DNA from: a virus
Taxonomy: Duplodnaviria; Heunggongvirae; Uroviricota; Caudoviricetes
DNA: 64,000 nt
IMG/VR virus record: IMGVR_UViG_2671180724_000008
Direction: 5' to 3' (one strand)
Below are positions 57,613-64,000 of this stretch, in pieces. Under the pieces are notes generated by a model. It worked only from the letters and a program-made list of their open reading frames with translations. It had not been told where the DNA came from and ran no database searches. The first letter of the stretch is position 1; every line of letters starts with the position of its first letter. A program made the translations under genes and the position numbers.

Positions 57613-58145
57613 ATGAGATTTACTACCTGACGTTACGTGAACGTTATTTACCAAAACCAGCGCCTAAATGCTCTGTTTGTGGCGAGGAAATGTCAATACA
57701 GCGCATATCTGGTGCACATGTTGTTTATGCCTGTTCCGGTGAGGGTGATGACGGATATTTTAAGATAGGGCGTACTTTTGCAGACGAACATTATGAAAAA
57801 TCACGCGTAACAGTAGTTGATGATTGTGATCCCGATGTGATTGCACTGCTGGACGAACTGGATAAAAGACAGCAACACATCCGACGTCTTGAGCAGGAGA
57901 ACGTAGAGATGGCCCTAACGCTTGAGAAACTGCGTGTTGAGCTGGAGACCGTTAAACAGCGGGAAAAGGATCTGTTTATGGAAAATGTTCGACTTAAGTC
58001 AGGTATAGCAGGTCTGATACACCTCGGTATTCGATATGCGGATGTCGAAGTCATGAAAATAGCTGGAGATGCCCAGCTTTCTACTCCATGCACTGACAGC
58101 ATCATAAACAGCATTGCAGCAGGCATTCGCATTACAGCAGAGTGA
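57609..58145 (+). CDS. Hypothetical protein with N-terminal zinc-ribbon and coiled coil
   Basis: CSVCGEE...YACSGEG motif. Confidence 0.45.
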   Translation: MNEIYYLTLRERYLPKPAPKCSVCGEEMSIQRISGAHVVYACSGEGDDGYFKIGRTFADEHYEKSRVTVVDDCDPDVIALLDELDKRQQHIRRLEQENVEMALTLEKLRVELETVKQREKDLFMENVRLKSGIAGLIHLGIRYADVEVMKIAGDAQLSTPCTDSIINSIAAGIRITAE

Positions 58146-58348
58146 GTGATATGGATAAAAATACCCCTGCTTACTGGAGTTTATCACTTGATACCGAATG
58201 CCCAAAATGCGGTCACAATTTCGATCTGCTTTGTGATGCTGATTTTTGGGAGTTTTCGGGAGCAAAACAGGCGTGTGAAGAAATAGAAGGTTACGAAACA
58301 TGCTGTCCAGAATGCAACCATGAATTTAAAACTGATTTTGTGTATTGA
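58142..58348 (+). CDS. Small zinc-ribbon protein
   Basis: CPKCGH ... CCPECNH four-Cys pattern. Confidence 0.4.
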   Translation: MSDMDKNTPAYWSLSLDTECPKCGHNFDLLCDADFWEFSGAKQACEEIEGYETCCPECNHEFKTDFVY

Positions 58349-58358
58349 AGCATAGCAC

Positions 58359-58880
58359 ATGACCGCCTTTACCAAAGAACAACTAATTGATCATATTAAT
58401 GATCGCAAAGATGTCCGTCAGAGAATGTTGGATACCGCGACGGTTTCTTCTGGATTCCGAGAATATCTTGAAAGAGAACTTGCCACCGATCAGATTGCTC
58501 TGGCGTCGCTGGAAGCTGAACCTGTCCTGTATCAGTCCTGCACTCGCCCCACCTGGAATAGCGGTGTTCCGTGGACGGAATGGAAAGAACGTAGTCGTGA
58601 GGGCTACGAAGACGATTTGCGCTTTACAGACACGCCTGATCATGCCGGTTGGATAAACAAATGTCGAAAACTATATACCACTCCGCCAGCGCCACTGCTA
58701 CCTGATGGACTGGTTAAAGCAGTGCGCTTCTATGAACAGGTTAAGCGTGAAAATCCGCCAGTCGAAACCGGAGCATGGAAAGACGCGGTTGACTGGGTGC
58801 TTAAAGAGGCTTTCCAGGCTGTATCAGTGTTGGAAAGCAGCAGAGAACACGAAGTTATTAGCCAGCAGGAGAAGGCATGA
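58359..58880 (+). CDS. Hypothetical protein, paralog family member A
   Basis: N-terminus MTAFTKEQLIDH shared with the 59075 ORF. Confidence 0.45.
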   Translation: MTAFTKEQLIDHINDRKDVRQRMLDTATVSSGFREYLERELATDQIALASLEAEPVLYQSCTRPTWNSGVPWTEWKERSREGYEDDLRFTDTPDHAGWINKCRKLYTTPPAPLLPDGLVKAVRFYEQVKRENPPVETGAWKDAVDWVLKEAFQAVSVLESSREHEVISQQEKA

Positions 58881-59065
58881 GACAACTTTACACCATTGTT
58901 ATCGCATTTGTTTTTGGTTTTGGCGGCATTTGCGTCGGTGAGAGTGCTGGCTATAACCGTGGATTAAGTGAAGGAGTTGCTATCAGCAAGGGGGATAAGT
59001 GGGATTGTGCTTACTCATACGTGACTGGATTCCTTATGTGTGATCGAACCCCAAAATATAAGTAG
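58877..59065 (+). CDS. Small membrane protein
   Basis: 62 aa with N-terminal hydrophobic helix. Confidence 0.3.
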   Translation: MRQLYTIVIAFVFGFGGICVGESAGYNRGLSEGVAISKGDKWDCAYSYVTGFLMCDRTPKYK

Positions 59066-59074
59066 AGGCTATCA

Positions 59075-59656
59075 ATGACCACCTTTACCAAAGAACAGTT
59101 AATCTCCCATGCACGCGAAAGCGTTAGTTATCTGGAAAACTTGAAAGGACGTGTTAGCAAAGAAGGTGCGGACTGCAAAGTTGTTCTTGAGATGGTTGAA
59201 CAAGATCTAAAACTGGCACGAATTGCACTGTCCTCGCTTGAGGCAAAACCAATAGGTGCATTCCACATTGCAGAACAGCAAGTTGACGGTACAAGTGACT
59301 ACCTCAAGGATGGAGAATGGCCTATTGATAATGGAATTATTGAGGTCTACGCCGCTCCACCCGTTCCAGTAGTACCGGAAGAAAAACTAATGCCGAACCC
59401 TCTTAGCAGATATGCGGTTGATGCGGTTGCAGCTATTGCAGAGGTGAGAGGCTGGAACGCCTGTCGTGCTGCTATGCTTCAGAAGAATGCTAATAACACA
59501 CCAGAATGCGACAACCTAGTTACAGAGTTAGCAATGTGGGTTAAACGGTTAGTCAGCCAATTGAAGAAAGCGAAGCCGGACTGTGACTTACCAGATAAGG
59601 CAATGAACTACCTAGAGCAGCACAGATTGGTGGGCGTGGAGGATGCCCTACGATGA
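59075..59656 (+). CDS. Hypothetical protein, paralog family member B
   Basis: MTTFTKEQLISH and LSSLEAKP motifs parallel member A. Confidence 0.45.
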   Translation: MTTFTKEQLISHARESVSYLENLKGRVSKEGADCKVVLEMVEQDLKLARIALSSLEAKPIGAFHIAEQQVDGTSDYLKDGEWPIDNGIIEVYAAPPVPVVPEEKLMPNPLSRYAVDAVAAIAEVRGWNACRAAMLQKNANNTPECDNLVTELAMWVKRLVSQLKKAKPDCDLPDKAMNYLEQHRLVGVEDALR

Positions 59657-60240
59657 TTGAAATAACAAAAGAAGAACTAACACAGGCAACAAAGGAGTAC
59701 GGGAAAAAGCACATCGCGCATCGTATGGCGAATGTGTTACTGGCCTTGTCTGAACAAAAGCCATCTGCGTTTGTAATGAAAGATGATTTGGCCGATCCGG
59801 CAATTGTTTCGACTCCGGCATATTTAGATATTGAGGATGCGGAACAAAAAACGATTGGGGATATTGTCGCGCTTTATGCCGATCCCTTTCCTGTCATCGG
59901 TGACACTACTGCTCTTGTGGACGATATTTTAAACATTCTCGCGCTTCTTGAGGCTGGCGATTGGTCAGAACATTGCACTAAAACGGAGTTAGGCGGTCGG
60001 CTTGAAAGAGAGATTACACAACTTATTGGTGATGCCCAAAATGATTTGTCACCTGAGCATCTCCCCTGCGATGTAGTCCTTGTGCCAGGGATGAGGATAC
60101 ACGAAGGCGTCAGAACGAAAACATTATTAACCGCATTACAGAGAAGAGCCGAACTAAGCTCGCGGATAAAGTTGATGCCATCCAAAATATTTGATGTCGT
60201 CAAATTTACGCCATCACAACATACTGAGAGAGATAAATGA
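59653..60240 (+). CDS. Hypothetical protein, possibly a distant third paralog
   Basis: N-terminal IEITKEELTQA weakly resembles members A and B. Confidence 0.45.
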   Translation: MIEITKEELTQATKEYGKKHIAHRMANVLLALSEQKPSAFVMKDDLADPAIVSTPAYLDIEDAEQKTIGDIVALYADPFPVIGDTTALVDDILNILALLEAGDWSEHCTKTELGGRLEREITQLIGDAQNDLSPEHLPCDVVLVPGMRIHEGVRTKTLLTALQRRAELSSRIKLMPSKIFDVVKFTPSQHTERDK

Positions 60241-60863
60241 GCACGGTAGCGAAAGATCTCACAGAAGATATTCTCAATGAAATTATTGCTGGTGCGAATA
60301 CCTCGCTTGAGCAACTTCTTGCGTTAGCACTGAGAGCCGAACGTCGAGACAGAAATCGTTTTTATGAGCGATTACCAGGGAAACGACCAGATAGATCAGA
60401 TGAAGATGGTTGCGATATAGACTACATGGAGCCTTCAGAGATTTATCAACTTGGTAAAGATGACGGCTGGAACGCTTATCACGATGCTGTGATGAAGTTG
60501 GATGAAAAAGTTAAACCTCTTTCTCGACCGGTAGATCACGGTTTCCGCGATAACTGCGAATGCTCTAGTTGCCAGACCACGGCCCGTATTTGTTCCGAAT
60601 TGACAGATAAATCCAGCCTAATCTACGAAGTTAATGTAGGCGGTAATACATGGGTCGAATGCACAAGAGCTGCATACGTAAGAGCAAAAGACAAGGGTGA
60701 ATTAACCAGAGTTGTTGCCCATCACCCAAATAATGAGCTTAAAGATCACCAAATTCGAGAACTGGTGAACGAGTTGAGGGATATTGCGGTTCAGTACCAC
60801 GGAACGCAGCAATTGCGGGAGAAGATTGCCAGAGCAGTGAACAACTCAGTCCGTAAAAAATAA
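60237..60863 (+). CDS. Hypothetical protein
   Basis: 208-aa ORF; last phage-like gene before the non-coding junction region. Confidence 0.45.
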   Translation: MSTVAKDLTEDILNEIIAGANTSLEQLLALALRAERRDRNRFYERLPGKRPDRSDEDGCDIDYMEPSEIYQLGKDDGWNAYHDAVMKLDEKVKPLSRPVDHGFRDNCECSSCQTTARICSELTDKSSLIYEVNVGGNTWVECTRAAYVRAKDKGELTRVVAHHPNNELKDHQIRELVNELRDIAVQYHGTQQLREKIARAVNNSVRKK

Positions 60864-61076
60864 GCAATAGTACGATAAAGAGGCCCCATGCTCTTGATGG
60901 GGCCTGTAGCAACTAGCGTTATGGACGCTGGTTTACGTACTCAATGATCGCTTTGATAATCGCGAACATCGGCGGCACGATTTTGAACAGTAAGTTAACC
61001 ATAACAGGCCTCACTTAGTTTTATCGCGCCTAGCTGCAAATACCTTTGGGCTTGCCTTTGCAGTTGCAATATCTGT

Positions 61077-61096
61077 AGTCGCCAGATACTTACGGC
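61077..61096. repeat. 20-bp direct repeat AGTCGCCAGATACTTACGGC (copy 1)
   Basis: 19/20 identical copy at 61250-61269; each copy next to a short hairpin. Confidence 0.6.
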
Positions 61097-61249
61097 ACGA
61101 TTTCGAGTTAAGGTAAGGTTTTAGAGTCACCAAAAACCTGGACTTAAATCTTCTTTGAGAACAACGATGTTTAGTAAATGGTCATTATTACCTGGTATGA
61201 CCACTCAACGTTTCTTGATGAATCCAGTACATTCGGTTAATCTTAATTC

Positions 61250-61269
61250 AGTCGCCAGATACTTATGGC
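61250..61269. repeat. 20-bp direct repeat AGTCGCCAGATACTTATGGC (copy 2)
   Basis: See copy 1. Confidence 0.6.
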
Positions 61270-61302
61270 TCAGGAACAGAGCCGCAAACTCTGTTTCCTT
61301 TT

Positions 61303-61333
61303 AAAAAGCCCAGCCTAGTCAACTGGGCTTTTT
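61303..61333. terminator. Bidirectional rho-independent terminator (AAAAAGCCCAG ... CTGGGCTTTTT)
   Basis: 8-bp GC stem flanked by A-run and T-run. Confidence 0.75.
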
Positions 61334-61631
61334 AATGTCTATTTTTAACCCAATGAACCTTCAATACCGCAACATCAGTGTCTTGCGAATTAAGATAGTG
61401 TGTATAGGTTATACATGCAAGTGCATAACTCTGTGGATAACTCAGGAAGGAAAAAGTAGCTTCCGCGCAATTTAGGCCAGACAAGGCTTTCGCAAAAATC
61501 AACGGAGAGAAAAAAATTTGTTAAAAATAACGTTTGTTGGAATTGTATATATTTATGCCTTTCAATAGTTAGCATCTTATTAACATCTTTTTTAAGAGAT
61601 AGAGTTCAAAAATATATAGCTTCAACATATA

Positions 61632-61647
61632 CTGTATGCATATACAG
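61632..61647. promoter_or_regulatory. LexA (SOS) box CTGTATGCATATACAG upstream of the UmuD'-like gene
   Basis: Perfect CTGT-N8-ACAG within TACTGTATGCATATACAGTA, about 20 bp upstream of ATG 61666. Confidence 0.8.
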
Positions 61648-61665
61648 TATTAAGAGGCGAGTATT

Positions 61666-62055
61666 ATGGGCTTCCCTTCTCCTGCGGCGGATTATGCTGA
61701 GAGCCGTATTTCTCTTGATCAGCAGATAATTAGACATCCTTCAGCGACCTACTTCTTGAGGGCAGCTGATAGCCATCATCGTGAGGGAATATTGCAGGGT
61801 GCATTGCTGGTGGTCGATTCCTCACTCACTCCTGTTGATGGATCTCTTCTTGTATGTGCTCTGGATGGGGAATATCGCGTAAAAAGATACCGGAAGTATC
61901 CACGTCAGCATCTGGAGGATTTAAGAACTGGTAAGAAGGAAGCATTGCCAAAGGATGATGATGGATGCACGGGCAGCAATGCCGTGTTTGGTGTGATCAC
62001 TCACATTATCAACGACGCAAGAAGTGGCGAGTTTGATGATTGTCCTGTGATGTAG
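61666..62055 (+). CDS. UmuD'-like protein: UmuD homolog encoded without the N-terminal pro-peptide, starting at the residues that follow the UmuD self-cleavage site
   Basis: Begins MGFPSPAADY, colinear with UmuD after Cys24-Gly25; retains DS and VKR catalytic-region residues; comparable to P1 HumD as recalled. Confidence 0.8.
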   Translation: MGFPSPAADYAESRISLDQQIIRHPSATYFLRAADSHHREGILQGALLVVDSSLTPVDGSLLVCALDGEYRVKRYRKYPRQHLEDLRTGKKEALPKDDDGCTGSNAVFGVITHIINDARSGEFDDCPVM

Positions 62056-62092
62056 GAGAACTGTTTAGGTGGTGCATTGCACCACCTTTTTA

Positions 62093-63193
62093 TCACACTG
62101 CGCGGAATGCGATTTCGCCAGGTATTACTTCACCTTGCCAATACATTTGGGCAGCAACGCGATCTGCGAGGTCACGATAAATAGCCGTAAATTCGCTATC
62201 TGGACGACTAATAACGGTTGGTGTTCCGTTATCCAGATCCTCACGAAGAGAGATATGAAGTGGCATTTGGCCTAACAACTGCGTGTTGTATTTCTCGGCC
62301 AGTTTCTGTGCGCCACCGGTGCCAAAAATTGGCTCGTGATGACCGCAGTTACTGCAAATATGCACACTCATGTTTTCGACGATACCTAGTACCGGCACTT
62401 CGACTTTTTCGAACATCACAATGCCTTTCTTCGCATCGATCAGCGCGATGTCTTGCGGCGTAGTTACCACAACCGCACCAGTTACAGGAATGTTCTGCGC
62501 CAGCGTCAATTGAATATCACCAGTGCCCGGCGGCATATCGAGAACGAGATAGTCCAGATCAGGCCACAGTGTTTCCTGCAACATCTGCATCAGCGCCTTG
62601 CTGGCCATCGGTCCACGCCACACCATTGCATTGTCGTCGGTGACCAGATAACCAATAGAGTTGGTTGCCAGGCCATGAGACATGATAGGTGCCATGTGAG
62701 TACCGTCCGGTGAGGTTGGACGTTGGTTTTCCGCACCCAGCATGGTTGGAATTGATGGACCGTAGATATCGGCATCCAAAATACCAACTTTCGCACCTTC
62801 AGCAGCCAACGCCAGTGCCAAGTTTACTGCTGTGGACGATTTGCCTACACCGCCCTTGCCTGAGCTGACGGCGATGATGTTCTTAACGCCATTAATGCCT
62901 GGTTGGTTTTTGACGCGCTTAAGCGTGGCAATGTTGTACGACAGCTTCCAGTCGATAGCCTTTGCGCCAGTGATACGGAGCAGATCACCACTACATTGCT
63001 CTTTCAGGTCTTCAAAAGGCTTATTCCACACGAAAGGCATGATTAGTTCGACATGCAGTGTGTCATCCATCAACGCAACATGGTGTAACGCTTTAAGCGT
63101 AGTCAGGTTGTGCTTCAGGGTTGGGTGCTGAAAATTAGCCAGCGTACCGGCTACCATTGCTCTCAGGGCATCCGGCGATTTGGACTCGCTCAT
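62093..63193 (-). CDS. apbC: Fe-S cluster carrier ATPase Mrp/ApbC (host chromosomal)
   Basis: Near-identical over most of its length to enterobacterial Mrp as recalled (SGKGGVGKSSTAVNLA, CxxC motif); divergent from metG as in E. coli. Confidence 0.95.
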   Translation of the reverse strand: MSESKSPDALRAMVAGTLANFQHPTLKHNLTTLKALHHVALMDDTLHVELIMPFVWNKPFEDLKEQCSGDLLRITGAKAIDWKLSYNIATLKRVKNQPGINGVKNIIAVSSGKGGVGKSSTAVNLALALAAEGAKVGILDADIYGPSIPTMLGAENQRPTSPDGTHMAPIMSHGLATNSIGYLVTDDNAMVWRGPMASKALMQMLQETLWPDLDYLVLDMPPGTGDIQLTLAQNIPVTGAVVVTTPQDIALIDAKKGIVMFEKVEVPVLGIVENMSVHICSNCGHHEPIFGTGGAQKLAEKYNTQLLGQMPLHISLREDLDNGTPTVISRPDSEFTAIYRDLADRVAAQMYWQGEVIPGEIAFRAV

Positions 63194-63350
63194 CCCGTCT
63201 CCTTTATTTTAATTTGCGCAATTGTCGCCTTGTAGTGTACTCCAGCTACGACATTTAATCATTTATGAGAAATGCTGTTATCACATGGCAGACATAAGGC
63301 CATTTTGTTACTATCAAGCCCCTTTTCACTACAAAGAAGTAATGCCTACT

Positions 63351-64000
63351 ATGACCCAAGTCGCGAAGAAAATTCTGGTGACGTGCGCGCTGCCGTACGC
63401 TAACGGCTCAATCCACCTCGGCCATATGCTGGAGCACATCCAGGCTGATGTCTGGGTTCGTTACCAGCGAATGCGCGGCCACGAGGTTAATTTCATCTGT
63501 GCCGACGATGCCCACGGTACGCCGATCATGCTGAAAGCACAGCAGCTTGGTATCACACCGGAACAGATGATTGGCGAAATGAGCCAGGAACACCAGACTG
63601 ATTTCGCAGGCTTTAACATCAGCTATGACAACTATCACTCGACGCACAGCGAAGAGAACCGCCAGCTGTCTGAGCTTATCTATACTCGCCTGAAAGAGAA
63701 CGGTTTTATTAAAAACCGCACTATCTCTCAGTTGTACGACCCGGAAAAAGGCATGTTCCTGCCGGATCGTTTTGTGAAAGGCACCTGTCCGAAATGTAAA
63801 GCGCCAGATCAATACGGCGATAACTGTGAAGTTTGCGGCGCGACCTACAGCCCGACTGAACTGATTGAGCCGAAATCGGTAGTTTCTGGCGCTACGCCGG
63901 TAATGCGTGATTCTGAACACTTCTTCTTTGATCTGCCCTCTTTCAGCGAAATGTTGCAGGCATGGACCCGCAGCGGTGCGTTGCAGGAGCAGGTGGCAAA
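63351..64000 (+). CDS. metG: Methionyl-tRNA synthetase, 5' partial (runs off window end)
   Basis: N-terminus [35 protein letters not shown] with HIGH-type motif and zinc knuckle CPKC...CEVC, matching E. coli MetG. Confidence 0.95.
   Translation, partial: MTQVAKKILVTCALPYANGSIHLGHMLEHIQADVWVRYQRMRGHEVNFICADDAHGTPIMLKAQQLGITPEQMIGEMSQEHQTDFAGFNISYDNYHSTHSEENRQLSELIYTRLKENGFIKNRTISQLYDPEKGMFLPDRFVKGTCPKCKAPDQYGDNCEVCGATYSPTELIEPKSVVSGATPVMRDSEHFFFDLPSFSEMLQAWTRSGALQEQVA

Larger units (their letters stand above)
1..61300. mobile_element. Phage-plasmid-like element (partial; continues beyond left edge): phage DNA-metabolism module plus P1-type replicon and ParA cassette. Right boundary not resolved (60.9 to 62.1 kb).
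   Basis: Co-linear plus-strand genes for phage-type replication and recombination, iteron-flanked repA, parA, tRNA cluster; host-like mrp and metG follow at 62.1 kb. Confidence 0.6.

Noticed and set aside
62069-63131. Plus-strand ORFs overlapping mrp (62069-62275, 62218-62463, 62453-62713, 62832-63131) and minus-strand ORF 63408-63920 inside metG
   Set aside because: Antisense to highly conserved host genes.

Overview
Most of this window (about 1 to 60.9 kb) is a densely packed, almost entirely plus-strand phage-like DNA-replication and nucleotide-metabolism module that also carries plasmid-maintenance functions. Its right end (62.1 to 64.0 kb) is host-like Enterobacteriaceae chromosome: mrp/apbC on the minus strand and the 5' part of metG. 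The phage-like part encodes a DnaB-family helicase, primase, ATP-dependent ligase, DnaE-like Pol III alpha plus a DnaQ-like exonuclease, a putative SSB, flap endonuclease, RecA-like recombinase, SbcCD-like nuclease, RuvC-like resolvase, NrdAB, ThyA, DHFR, a dNMP-kinase-like protein, RNase HI, two DNA methyltransferases, a glutaredoxin, a CobT/CobS-like vWA/AAA pair, an SPFH protein, and at least four tRNAs (Asn, Tyr, Thr, Ser). No virion structural or lysis genes are visible. A P1-type replicon (repA flanked by iteron arrays, GATC cluster and DnaA-box-like site) and a ParA cassette suggest a phage-plasmid of the SSU5/pHCM2 kind; that assignment is from memory and needs a database search. The most interesting candidates are a strongly AT-rich, membrane-anchored single-gene unit with its own promoter and terminator next to the tRNA cluster (possible superinfection-exclusion or defence gene), LexA boxes in front of a tyrosine recombinase and of a pre-cleaved UmuD'-like gene, two dispersed families of intergenic palindromes, a family of stem-enclosed elements in the tRNA region, and a 0.57 kb ORF-free region upstream of rnhA. 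All calls rest on reading motifs in the supplied translations and sequence; no searches were run.
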